A DNA stretch of 63,938 nucleotides, filler included, from Sandaracinaceae bacterium (lineage in GTDB: Bacteria; Myxococcota_A; Polyangia; Polyangiales; JADJQN01), in assembly GCA_947483975.1 (NCBI GenBank). It is 5 parts of 5 records of this genome, joined end to end, with 100 filler letters (N's around TTAATTAATTAA, not from the genome) between each part and the next. Parts side by side here need not be neighbours in the genome. Positions count along the whole stretch, not along the records: positions 1 to 14,042 come from CANKOL010000114.1; 4 more parts are not named here. One strand, given 5' to 3'. The notes beneath the pieces were generated by a model. It saw nothing but the letters and a program-made list of their open reading frames with translations, was not told the DNA's origin and made no database searches. This document shows, one piece after another, positions 1-9,065 of this stretch. The position numbers and the translations under genes were made by a program. The first letter of the stretch is position 1; the number at the start of each line of letters is the position of its first letter.

Positions 1-51
1 CACGCCGCGCAGCAGCGCGAGGGCGAGTCCGCGGCGCGCCGCGCGGCTCAT
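1..51 (-). CDS. Possible 5' end of a membrane/secreted protein running off the window
   Basis: ATG at 51 gives MSRAARRGLALALLRGV; only 17 codons visible. Confidence 0.3.
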   Translation of the reverse strand, partial: MSRAARRGLALALLRGV

Positions 52-133
52 CCCGCGTCGTCGGGAGGATGGTGAGATGGCATACAGACGCAGTATGCCG
101 AACGGCGAGAACGCGGGGCGCTGAACCGGTCCG

Positions 134-1144
134 TCAGCGCGGCATCGCCACCGCGCCGGCGGCGGTCGCGCGCAGCGAGCCGGAGAACGCGCCAGTGAGC
201 TGCCACTGCAGCCCGCCGTCGGGCGTGCGCGCCGCGCGTAGCCGCGGGATGACGTCGAGCATCGCGAAGAGCCCGCGCGTGCGGTCGTCCCGCGTCTTGA
301 AGGCGTCCGCGAACTTCACGTTCACGAGCAGCTCGAGGCGCGACAGGCGCGCGGGCTGCACGAGCCGCAGCTGTCCGGTGCCGCGCACCGTGAGGTCGCG
401 TCCGCCCGTCGTGCCGAGCTGCGTGAACTTGGCGACGCCCGCCTCGACCGTCGCCTTGATGACGAGCTTGCCCGCCTCGATCCGCCCGACGCTGAGCCCC
501 TCGGGGCCCATCCCCTCGAGCTTCAGCTTCGCGCGCCCATCGCCGACGACCAGCCCGGTGATCGAGAGGTCGATGCCGCCCTTGGTCGCGGCCGTCTCCT
601 TGCCGATGGTCAGGTCGACCGTGCCGCCGAGCACGCCGGAGACCGGCAGCCCGACGAGCGCCGAGATGACCCCGAGCTGCCGCAGCTCCACGGCGTCGAC
701 CGTCGCCTCGAGGTGCGTCTCGTCCTCGCTGAGGGCGAACTCCCCCTCGATCTCGCCGCCCCCGAGCTCCGCGTCGAAGCTCACCGCCTTCGTGCCCCTC
801 AGCAGCGCGAGCAGCGAGATGCGCGCCGAGAGCCGCTCGACCTGCACGACGATCGGCTTCTCATCGCCCGTCGAGCCGGGGGTCGGCGTCGGCAGCTTGG
901 TGAAGCGCACTCCCTCGAGCACGACGCCCGTGAGGAACGACGGCGAGAGCTCGTCGATCTGCAGCCGCATCCCGCTGTCGTGCCGAGTGCCGCCGGGACC
1001 GACCGGCTGCTCGACCTCCTGCACGACGTAATCGCGCACGCGGTCGTAAGGGAACGTCCAGTACACGGACAGGAGAAACGCGAAGACCGCGAAGGCCGGG
1101 TAACCCACCCAGACGAGCAGTCGGTGTCGTGCGGTCGGGCTCAT
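134..1144 (-). CDS. gspN: Type II secretion system protein GspN
   Basis: N-terminal TM followed by YWTFPYDR, beta-rich body; last gene of the gsp operon, ATGA overlap with gspM. Confidence 0.8.
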   Translation of the reverse strand: MSPTARHRLLVWVGYPAFAVFAFLLSVYWTFPYDRVRDYVVQEVEQPVGPGGTRHDSGMRLQIDELSPSFLTGVVLEGVRFTKLPTPTPGSTGDEKPIVVQVERLSARISLLALLRGTKAVSFDAELGGGEIEGEFALSEDETHLEATVDAVELRQLGVISALVGLPVSGVLGGTVDLTIGKETAATKGGIDLSITGLVVGDGRAKLKLEGMGPEGLSVGRIEAGKLVIKATVEAGVAKFTQLGTTGGRDLTVRGTGQLRLVQPARLSRLELLVNVKFADAFKTRDDRTRGLFAMLDVIPRLRAARTPDGGLQWQLTGAFSGSLRATAAGAVAMPR

Positions 1145-1749
1145 GGTCGCGGGGGTCCTGCGCCGTTCGCCGGGCGCACCGGCACGTTCTTGGTGGGGCC
1201 GCCCGGGGCGGCTGCGCGGTCGTAGGCGACGACGCCGAGCTTGACGTTGTACTGGTCGCCCGCCTGGAAGTGCTCGACCTGGATCTGCTCGATGGCGACC
1301 GGATAGGTGCTGTTCTCGATGCTGGCCATCAGGTCGACGATCGGGCGAAGGTTGACGTTCGGTAGCTGCACGTTGACCGCGCGCCGCGTGTAGCGGCCGG
1401 TCACCTCCTCCGGCTGATCGACGACCTCCCGGAGCGTGAGCTGGTTGTCGCGCGCGCTCGCCTCGACGAAGCTGCCGAGGGCCGGCGCCCTCGTCGCATA
1501 GCGCCGCTCGGCGGCGTCGCGCTCGGCGGCGCGCTCCTGCAGGCGCGTGCGGGCGCGCCCGATGTCGGCGAGCGCCGTCGCGAGCTGATCGTTCTCGGCC
1601 TCGACCTCGCTGACGGCGCTCTGCGACAGGTAGAAGATGCCGAAGACGACCAGACCGACGAAGGTCAGGCCCATCAGCGACATCAGCCGACGCTCGCGCT
1701 CGTTCAGCCCCTGCCAGCTGCGGCGGAGCGACTCCATCAGGTTACTCAT
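1141..1749 (-). CDS. gspM: Type II secretion system protein GspM
   Basis: MSNLMESLRRSWQGLNERERRLM + TM + coiled coil + ferredoxin-like C-terminus; start overlaps the gspL stop. Confidence 0.85.
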   Translation of the reverse strand: MSNLMESLRRSWQGLNERERRLMSLMGLTFVGLVVFGIFYLSQSAVSEVEAENDQLATALADIGRARTRLQERAAERDAAERRYATRAPALGSFVEASARDNQLTLREVVDQPEEVTGRYTRRAVNVQLPNVNLRPIVDLMASIENSTYPVAIEQIQVEHFQAGDQYNVKLGVVAYDRAAAPGGPTKNVPVRPANGAGPPRP

Positions 1750-3247
1750 TGGCGCGCCTCCGGTTGCGGTTCTTCGAGGGAGCGGGGCGCGTCCCGCAGT
1801 TGATGACGCCCGCGACCGTGTAGTTGATGCGGTCCTGACCCGACGCCGGGCTCGTGCGCCCGTTCTCGAGGTCGTGGAAGCAAGGGTGCGCCTCGAGCGC
1901 CTCGACGACGCGGTCACGCTCCGCGATGTCCTGCACGGTCCCCTGCAGCTCGAGCTTGCCCTCGCGCTCGCCGACGCCGATCTCGATCTCGAGGCGGCGA
2001 GTGTCGTGCACGACGTCGCTCGGGATCGCGTGGCTCACCGCGTCGAGCGCGTCGAAGGCGTCGAAGCGCGGCAGCGGATCCTGCGGCCCCGTGCGCCCGT
2101 CGAGCAGGCGCTTGGCCCGCGCGGGGTCTCGCGTCTCCTCGCCGAACGACTCGCGCGTGACGCGCGCGAGCTCCGTCTCGAGCGTCCCGCGGCGCTCGTC
2201 GAGCAGGCGATAGCTCGACCACGTCGAGAACACGAACGCGAACACCACCGCCGCCGTGCACGCGGCGATCAGCGGGATCTGCGCCTGGAGGGCGCCCATC
2301 GCGCGGCGGTGCGCGAACTCGCCCTGCCGCAGGTCGAGGCGCTTGCCCTTGAGCAGCGTGCGCCCCGCGAGGGCAGCCGCGCGCGCGAAGAGCGGCCGCA
2401 CCGCCTCGTCGGCGCCCGGCCCCGCCGGCAGCGTGAGCTGCACGACCTCCGCGCCGTCGAGCTTGCTCGCCAGCCACGGGAGCAGCCCCTCGACGAGCGC
2501 GCCCCCGCCGCAGACGAAGGCCTTCACGGGCGCAGGCGCACCCCCCGCGCGAAAACTCGCGAGCGTCTGCACGAGCGCGCGCGTCAGCTCGCCCTCGTTG
2601 CCGGGGAGCCCCGCCGTGCCCGCGGTGACGGTGCGCGCGGTCTCGGTGCGCCCGTGGTGGAGGATGTTGACGTCGAGGTGATGGGCGCCGACGTCGAGCA
2701 CGAGGAAGGGCCCAGGCCCCGCCAGCTCCGGCACGAGCCCGACGAGCCCATCGAGCGCCGCCGCGCCGACCGCGATCTCCTGCGGCACGACGCCCGCGTC
2801 GCGCAGCTCCGCGAGCAGGCTCGCGATGCGCGCCTTCGGGGCCGCGGCGGCGAGCAGGCGCAGGCGCACGCCGTCCTTGCCGATCAGCTGATGGTCGATC
2901 ACCGCGTCTTCGGTCGGGAAGGGCAGCACCGCCTCGAGCTCGAACGGCAGCACCTCCGCGAGGCGCTTCTGCGCCGCGAGGGGCAGCTCGATCGGCCGCA
3001 CCGACGCGTCCTCGCCCGGGATGGCGACGACGATTCCGTCCGGCGCTCGACCGACCGCGGCGAGCACCTCGCGGATCGCGCTCGCGAGCGCATCGGCCCG
3101 CCCCGCGGGCCCCTCGACGCCCCCGTCCTGCGGCGCGCGCAGCGGCGCCTCGACGTAGCGCTCGAGCTCCACCTTTCGAAGAGCCGTGCGCAGCACCGCG
3201 CCGCGTACCGCGGTCGTGCCGACATCGAGCCCCAATATCCTGGCCAT
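1742..3247 (-). CDS. gspL: Type II secretion system protein GspL (PilM/PilN-like fusion)
   Basis: MARILGLDVG actin-like N-terminus, LPFELE motif, LVLDVG, TM, PilN-like C-terminus. Confidence 0.85.
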   Translation of the reverse strand: MARILGLDVGTTAVRGAVLRTALRKVELERYVEAPLRAPQDGGVEGPAGRADALASAIREVLAAVGRAPDGIVVAIPGEDASVRPIELPLAAQKRLAEVLPFELEAVLPFPTEDAVIDHQLIGKDGVRLRLLAAAAPKARIASLLAELRDAGVVPQEIAVGAAALDGLVGLVPELAGPGPFLVLDVGAHHLDVNILHHGRTETARTVTAGTAGLPGNEGELTRALVQTLASFRAGGAPAPVKAFVCGGGALVEGLLPWLASKLDGAEVVQLTLPAGPGADEAVRPLFARAAALAGRTLLKGKRLDLRQGEFAHRRAMGALQAQIPLIAACTAAVVFAFVFSTWSSYRLLDERRGTLETELARVTRESFGEETRDPARAKRLLDGRTGPQDPLPRFDAFDALDAVSHAIPSDVVHDTRRLEIEIGVGEREGKLELQGTVQDIAERDRVVEALEAHPCFHDLENGRTSPASGQDRINYTVAGVINCGTRPAPSKNRNRRRANE

Positions 3248-3267
3248 GCGCGTGGATCTCCTCGGAC

Positions 3268-4638
3268 CTAGTCGATGCGGTAGTAGTGAAAGATCCCGAG
3301 CGCGGGCATCGAGCCAGCGTTCGGCGGCGGCGGGGTCCACCGATCGTGGAAGTTGGCGACGGTGCGGATGCGCACCCTCGCGCGCCCGACGCGTCCCTCG
3401 CCTTGGATCGTCAGGATGCGCGCGGCGGTGACGAACGCGCCGTCGACGCCCGCGCGCTGATCGCCGGGGATCGTCACGGGGCGGAAGATCAGCGGGCTCT
3501 CCGGTCCGAGCATCGCGAGCAGGAGCGGATAGAGGTCCTTCGGCCCGCCCTTGCCCTCGACGAACGCGATCAGGTCGCTCGAGCGCGTGAAGAACGGCAC
3601 CGGGAAGATCGAGCGCACGGTGCGCACGAGCTGAATGAACTTCGCCGCCTCGAGCGGGTCCATGCAGAGCGGCTGCTCCGTCACGCCACGGAACGAGCAG
3701 AGGCGCGAGAGGATCACCTCCGGCGGCGCCTCGTTCGGATTGACCGCGCCCGAGCCGTAGATGGTGATCCGCTCCGAGCGCACATCGTCCGGATCAGGCT
3801 GCACGAACGTCGCCCAGAAGTCGTCGGTGATGCCGCGCACGAGGCGCACCTCCTCGAGCGAGTCGAAGGGCGCGTTCTTGATCATGTAGGGGTCGCGGTA
3901 GCGGCGATAGATCTCCTCTTCGCCGCCGCTCGAGGTCACCGTCGCCGCGCCAGGATCGAACTGCGTGCGCTCTTGATCCGAGTCCCACCAATCGGCGAGC
4001 GACGAGATCACGTCGAGGCGCGAGTTGAACTGCCCCTCGCTGTCGCGCCGCTCGAAGAGCGGGTCATAGGAGCTAGGCGACTGATAGCCGCCGGTCATGG
4101 CGAAGACCTGCATCGCCATGCTGTTGCGCGCCTGATCCGCGTTGAGGTTGAGCGGGTCGTTGACGTTCGTCTTGCTGTTCTCGGCGACCGCGACGACCGA
4201 GCAAGACCCGCCGATGTGCCCGAGCCCCTCGACCGCGGCCGAGTCGATGCCCGCGGCGTCGAGCCCGCCGTTCGCGCCGTCCGGGTTGCAGAACGGGCCG
4301 AGCAGCTCGTCCGCGTAGACCCACACCGGCAGCTGCGGCGGCGGGCGCCCGACGAGCAGCTGATAGATCGGCGCGATGGTCGCGCGCATCGCGGGCTCGC
4401 GCATCACGAGCATCCGCGTGAGGTCGATGGAGCTGCGCGCGAGGAACTCTGCGCGGAGCGTGTCGCGCTGATTGCTCGCGACGACGAACGCCGTGCTCGT
4501 GCTCTCGTGCATGTCGGCGAGCATCACGCCGAGCACCGCGATCGCGGTCATCGCGAGCACGAGGGCGATGCCCTCCCGCTGCTGCGCGACCCCCGCGCCG
4601 CGCCTGCGCTTACGGCGCCTCTGAGCCTGCGCGCTCAT
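3268..4638 (-). CDS. gspK: Minor pseudopilin GspK
   Basis: QREG/IALVLAM cleavage site lacking E+5, ENSKTNVN, KNAPFDSLEEVRLVRGI, VNPNEAP; ATGA overlap with gspJ. Confidence 0.9.
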   Translation of the reverse strand: MSAQAQRRRKRRRGAGVAQQREGIALVLAMTAIAVLGVMLADMHESTSTAFVVASNQRDTLRAEFLARSSIDLTRMLVMREPAMRATIAPIYQLLVGRPPPQLPVWVYADELLGPFCNPDGANGGLDAAGIDSAAVEGLGHIGGSCSVVAVAENSKTNVNDPLNLNADQARNSMAMQVFAMTGGYQSPSSYDPLFERRDSEGQFNSRLDVISSLADWWDSDQERTQFDPGAATVTSSGGEEEIYRRYRDPYMIKNAPFDSLEEVRLVRGITDDFWATFVQPDPDDVRSERITIYGSGAVNPNEAPPEVILSRLCSFRGVTEQPLCMDPLEAAKFIQLVRTVRSIFPVPFFTRSSDLIAFVEGKGGPKDLYPLLLAMLGPESPLIFRPVTIPGDQRAGVDGAFVTAARILTIQGEGRVGRARVRIRTVANFHDRWTPPPPNAGSMPALGIFHYYRID

Positions 4639-5336
4639 GGGCTGTAGGTCGCGTGGTTGAGGCCATAGCGGATCGGCAGGCTGACGCGCGTGCCGATCTT
4701 CTGGATCGTGCGGCGCCCCTCGTGGCTGATCACGCCGAGGATGATCTTCACCTGCGCAGGCAGGCGATTCGGCTGCGCCGTGCCCTGCACGGTGTCCCAC
4801 GAGCGCACCCACTCGTTCGTCGTCGGGTCGAGGTACTCGAACTCGAGCGAGTCGATGTCGTGCAGCACGACCTGCAGGGTGCCGCCCCGCTGCGGATCAT
4901 CGTCGATGCGCGCCTGTTCGCGCCGCACGAGCACGCGCTGGTCGGACGCGTCCGGATCGCGCGCGACGAAGTACGAGAGCTCGTTCTGGTCCGACTCCTT
5001 CGCGTCGCGATAGAGGCGCTGATGAGAGAACGACGTGAAGTCGAGCCGATCGCGCGAGCCGCGGTCGGTGCCGACGAACGCCGTGTGCACGACCTGCAGG
5101 CTCGGGCTCGCGTTCAGCTGCGCCGACACGAACGCCGACTGAAGCTCACGCGCCATGCGCTCGAGCGCGCCGGTGACCTCGAGCGCGCGATCGGTCTGCC
5201 CCTCGACGCGCGCCTTGTTGCGCGTCGTCTGCACGAAGCCCGAGTAGATCAGCAGCGAGATGATCGAGAGGATCACCACCGAGATCATCACCTCGATCAG
5301 CGACATACCGAGCCGCCGGGTGCGCGTCTGGGTCAT
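4635..5336 (-). CDS. gspJ: Minor pseudopilin GspJ
   Basis: RRLG/MSLIEVMI class III signal; C-terminal W..SWD...RLPAQVKI motif. Confidence 0.9.
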   Translation of the reverse strand: MTQTRTRRLGMSLIEVMISVVILSIISLLIYSGFVQTTRNKARVEGQTDRALEVTGALERMARELQSAFVSAQLNASPSLQVVHTAFVGTDRGSRDRLDFTSFSHQRLYRDAKESDQNELSYFVARDPDASDQRVLVRREQARIDDDPQRGGTLQVVLHDIDSLEFEYLDPTTNEWVRSWDTVQGTAQPNRLPAQVKIILGVISHEGRRTIQKIGTRVSLPIRYGLNHATYSP

Positions 5337-5346
5337 CGGCGCACGC

Positions 5347-6114
5347 TCACTGCTGCCCCGGCGGCGGGCCGTTGATCAGCTGATCGATCGCGTCCTGCGT
5401 GCCCGCCGCGACCGCGGCGTCAGCGACCAGATACTGCACGACGTCGAACGAGTGCTCGCGCGAGCCCTCCTGCCAGCGCACGGTCACCGTCACGCGGCGC
5501 ACCTGCTCCTCGATCGTCGATTTGAGCACGGGATACGTGTAGGACATGGCCATCTCGGAGAGGCCGCCCATCGCCGCGCCGCCGCCCGACATCATCGACT
5601 CGAGCGACTGCCCGTTGAGCGGATCGCCTCCGCCCGCCGCGCCGCCCGCCGCCTCGTCGAGCACGCCGCCCTCCTGCTCGCCCTGGTCGGGCAGCACGAT
5701 GCGCTCGATCGACCAGTCGCAGGTGAAGCCCTCGATCTCCGCCCCATCGCAGCACTCGTCGGTGTCCGACGCCGACACCGCGGGCAGCCCGTCCTTCATC
5801 ACCTTCTCTTCGATCTCGCCGAGCTTGCAGCGCGCGAGCACCGTCGCGTAGGACGTGCGCCGCGCCCGGTTCGCGACCTTGATCGCGCCCGCCTCGCTCG
5901 AGAAGATCGACGAGAGCGCGAGCCCCAAGATCGCGACCGCGACGAGGACCTCGAGCAGCGTGAAGCCTGCGCTCTGCGCGCCTGCGCGCCCTCTGCTGCT
6001 CGCGCCTGCGCGCCCTCTGCTGCTCGCGCCTGCGCGCCCTCTGCTGCTCGCGCCTGCGCGCCCTCTGCTGCTCGCGCCTGCGCGCCCGCCGCTATTGGAC
6101 CCCGCGCGCTTCAT
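5347..6114 (-). CDS. gspI: Minor pseudopilin GspI with repeat-expanded leader
   Basis: ATG at 6114 overlaps the gspH stop; SAG/FTLLEVLVAVAIL; VRRVTVTVRW motif. Confidence 0.88.
   Translation of the reverse strand: MKRAGSNSGGRAGASSRGRAGASSRGRAGASSRGRAGASSRGRAGAQSAGFTLLEVLVAVAILGLALSSIFSSEAGAIKVANRARRTSYATVLARCKLGEIEEKVMKDGLPAVSASDTDECCDGAEIEGFTCDWSIERIVLPDQGEQEGGVLDEAAGGAAGGGDPLNGQSLESMMSGGGAAMGGLSEMAMSYTYPVLKSTIEEQVRRVTVTVRWQEGSREHSFDVVQYLVADAAVAAGTQDAIDQLINGPPPGQQ
5977..6087. repeat. 24-bp perfect tandem repeat (about 4.6 copies) in the gspI leader
   Basis: CGCGCCTGCGCGCCCTCTGCTGCT at 5977, 6001, 6025, 6049, partial at 6073; encodes (GRAGASSR)n. Confidence 0.95.
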
Positions 6115-6842
6115 TCCTCCACCTCGGAGCGGTCGCCGGTGTCGTCCTCGGGCTCGCGCGGCTCCCACGCCTCGGTGTGCACGGTGCCGCGCCCCGTCAG
6201 CGGGTGAAGCTCGACCGTGTAGACGTCGCTGCGTCCGTCCGTCAGCTGAAGGACGGCGTGCTCCGTGCGCCCGCCGGGGAAGAAGTAGATCGCCCCGCGC
6301 CCGTGCTCGCGCGCCTCTGGCTCGTGCGGCACGAGCAGCTTGATCACGCGGATCCCGCCGCCGAGCGGATGCGGCGTGTAGCGCTCGATCGGCTCCCCGT
6401 CCTCGTTCGAGAGCGGGCTGAACGGCGACGAGCCGAACGACGGGAGCTGCGTCCGCTGCAGGGCCGCCTGCGCCGCCGCCCAAGGGTCGATGCCCGTGCG
6501 GTCGTCGCCCGCGCCCGCCTCGTCGGCCCGCCCGTGCGCGATCGCCGCGCTCGTCGGGTCGCTCGCCCGCGCGAGCGCGACGCGGCCGTGCGCCTCCTCG
6601 ATCGACACGCGCGCCTCGTCGAGGTCGACCACGACCCGCACGGTGACGCCCTGCGTGACGCTCCGCGTGTACGCGAAGCGCGACGCCGCGAGGAGCTTCA
6701 TGCACGCCGACCGCAGGCTCGTCCGCATCATCAGCCCGAGGCCATACGTCACGCCCGTCGAGACGAACGCGACGATGATCACGGCGACCATGATCTCGAT
6801 CAGCGTCATCCCCTCGCGCGAGCGTTTGGCGTGCGTCTTCAT
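6111..6842 (-). CDS. gspH: Minor pseudopilin GspH (FimT-like)
   Basis: REG/MTLIEIMV signal; IYFFPGG...VELHPLTGR C-terminal motif. Confidence 0.88.
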   Translation of the reverse strand: MKTHAKRSREGMTLIEIMVAVIIVAFVSTGVTYGLGLMMRTSLRSACMKLLAASRFAYTRSVTQGVTVRVVVDLDEARVSIEEAHGRVALARASDPTSAAIAHGRADEAGAGDDRTGIDPWAAAQAALQRTQLPSFGSSPFSPLSNEDGEPIERYTPHPLGGGIRVIKLLVPHEPEAREHGRGAIYFFPGGRTEHAVLQLTDGRSDVYTVELHPLTGRGTVHTEAWEPREPEDDTGDRSEVEE

Positions 6843-6849
6843 CCGTCGC

Positions 6850-7266
6850 TCAGATCGAGATGTCGTCCTCGGTCCCCATCTGCTTGTCGGGGCCGCCGGA
6901 CTTCGTCGAGACGCTGTCGCCATCGCACTCGATGACGAAGTCGTTCTCCCACGGATCCTTCGAGTTCTTGCTGTGGTCTAGCTGCCCGTCCTCGAGCAGA
7001 TTGGCCACCGTCGGGCACTCGCCCGCGTGCTCCGAGATCCACATCGTCGCCGCGGAGTTGATCGCCGCGGCGTCGCTGAGGGCCTGCTTCTTGCGGGCCT
7101 TGCCGATCGCCGGCAGCACGGCGACGCCGACCGCCGTCGCGATGAGCGCCATGATGATGACGACGACCATGATCTCGACGAGCGTCATGCCCTCGACCGC
7201 GCGCCGAGCCATCCGCCGCGCCAGGCGCCGCGTCCGCTTCATCCCATCCTGCTGCTGCTTCTTCAT
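6850..7266 (-). CDS. gspG: Major pseudopilin GspG
   Basis: VEG/MTLVEIMVVVIIMALIA; KDPWENDF...SGGPDKQMGTEDDI; GGAGG RBS upstream. Confidence 0.9.
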   Translation of the reverse strand: MKKQQQDGMKRTRRLARRMARRAVEGMTLVEIMVVVIIMALIATAVGVAVLPAIGKARKKQALSDAAAINSAATMWISEHAGECPTVANLLEDGQLDHSKNSKDPWENDFVIECDGDSVSTKSGGPDKQMGTEDDISI

Positions 7267-7365
7267 CTCGCCCTCCGAGCGTTGAGCCCCTGAACCACGT
7301 TCACTCCCCACGACCCCGCCCCACGTTCATTCGCTACGTCCACTCGTCACGACCCCGCCCCGCGA

Positions 7366-7794
7366 TCACTGCACGTTGTCGTCGACGAAGAAGTCGCCGC
7401 TCGGTCCCGCCGAGACGACGTCCACTCCGTCCGGGTTCATCACGCCGGGACACCTCACGTAGAGCTCGTGTCCCCAGCCATCCGTCGGAAGCTCGGGTAG
7501 GTAGTGCGCGCCCGCCCGCGGCGGGTGAACGAGCTCCACCGTCGAGCGAGGACAACGCGCCATGTCCTCTTGAAACTCCGCAATTCCGCGCTTCACCGAG
7601 GCGATCGCGGCGCGCGTCGCGCGGGTCCGCGCTCGCTCGTCCGCGGCGCCCCAGAGACTGATCACGACCGCGACTCCGAGGGCGGTGCTGACCACCGCGC
7701 CGAAGCGCCGCGCCGTCAGCAGCTGCCCGAGCCACGCGCTGCGCCGCTCCCAGGGGAGGAAGATGCTGCGCCGTGCTCGCTTCGCCTTCGCCAC
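7366..7794 (-). CDS. GspG-like protein lacking a canonical prepilin cleavage site
   Basis: C-terminal YLPELPTDGWGH...DVVSAGPSG..DDNV is GspG-like; has a TM segment but no G/FTLxE. Confidence 0.75.
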   Translation of the reverse strand: MAKAKRARRSIFLPWERRSAWLGQLLTARRFGAVVSTALGVAVVISLWGAADERARTRATRAAIASVKRGIAEFQEDMARCPRSTVELVHPPRAGAHYLPELPTDGWGHELYVRCPGVMNPDGVDVVSAGPSGDFFVDDNVQ

Positions 7795-7839
7795 TCGGGG
7801 TCTCCTCGCCTCTCGATGCGTCGAACATCGTCTCGCCCA

Positions 7840-9063
7840 TCACTGCACGAACTCGTTGATCTGCATCAGCGGGATCAGGATCGCGAAGGCGATGCCGCCC
7901 GACATCCCGCCGACCAAGATGATCATCATCGGCTCGAGCAGCGCGGTCATCACCCCGATCTGCGCGTCCACCTGGCTGTCGTACGCCGACGCGACGTTCT
8001 CGAGCATCTCCTCGAGCTGTCCGGAGCGCTCGCCGATGGCGATCATGTGCGTGACGATCGGCGGAAAGCGCTTCGAGCGCTTGAGCGGCGCCGCGATGCT
8101 CTCGCCCTCGCGGATGGAGACTCGCGCCTCCTCGATGACGCGCATCAGCTCGGTGTTGCCGAGCACGTTGCGCGTGATCTCGAGCGCAGAGAGCAGCGGC
8201 ACACCGCTCTTGAGCAGCGTCGAGAGCGTGCGGGCGAAGCGCGACACCGCGACCATCAGCGTGAGCTTGCCGAAGACCGGCACCTGCAGGACGAACAGAT
8301 CCCAGCGGCGCCGCCCATCGGCCGTCGCGAGCCAGCGCCGGAAGCCGATGACGCCGCTCGTCACCGACAGGATCAGCAGCCACCAATAGCCCGTGAACAC
8401 ATGGCTCGTGAAGATCAGCAGCCGCGTATACCAGGGCAGCGCTTGCTGAAAATTCTCGAAGATGGCCGTCACCTTCGGCACGACCGCGACCATCATCACC
8501 GAGATGACGCCCATGCCGAACACGACCATGAACATCGGATAGGCGAGCGCGCCGAAGACCTTGTTCGAGAGCTTCGACTGCGCCTCGAGGAACTCGGCGA
8601 GGCGCTGCAGCACGGAGTCGAGCGTGCCCGACGACTCCCCCGCGGCGACCATGTTGATGTAGAGCGGGTTGAAGATCTTCGGGTGCGCCTTGAGCGCCTC
8701 GTTGAGGCTCGTGCCCTCGTTGACGCGGTCGCGGATCTGCGTGAGCGCGAGCTTGAGATCCGGCTGCTCGAGCTGCTCGATCAGCGCGGTCAGCCCCTCG
8801 ACGAGCGGGATCCCGCTCTTGAGCAGCGTCGCGAGCTGCCGAGTCGCGACGGCGACGTCGAGCGTCGTGATGCGCCGGAGCAGCTTCTTCAGGTCGATCT
8901 CGCGCGCGCTCTTCTTGCGCGCCTGCGACTCCTCGAGGACCTCGGTGACGAGCACCCCGTCCTTGCGGAGCACGACGCGCAGCGCCTTCGCGTTCTCGGC
9001 GTCCTTGACGCCCGAGACCTTCTTGCCGGCGGCGTTGATGCCGCGATAGGCGAAGATGGCCAT
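7840..9063 (-). CDS. gspF: T2SS inner-membrane platform protein GspF
   Basis: TRQLATLLKSGIPL, AGESSGTL, ALAYP, IGERSGQLEEML, LLEP motifs. Confidence 0.95.
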   Translation of the reverse strand: MAIFAYRGINAAGKKVSGVKDAENAKALRVVLRKDGVLVTEVLEESQARKKSAREIDLKKLLRRITTLDVAVATRQLATLLKSGIPLVEGLTALIEQLEQPDLKLALTQIRDRVNEGTSLNEALKAHPKIFNPLYINMVAAGESSGTLDSVLQRLAEFLEAQSKLSNKVFGALAYPMFMVVFGMGVISVMMVAVVPKVTAIFENFQQALPWYTRLLIFTSHVFTGYWWLLILSVTSGVIGFRRWLATADGRRRWDLFVLQVPVFGKLTLMVAVSRFARTLSTLLKSGVPLLSALEITRNVLGNTELMRVIEEARVSIREGESIAAPLKRSKRFPPIVTHMIAIGERSGQLEEMLENVASAYDSQVDAQIGVMTALLEPMMIILVGGMSGGIAFAILIPLMQINEFVQ

Positions 9064-9065
9064 CG

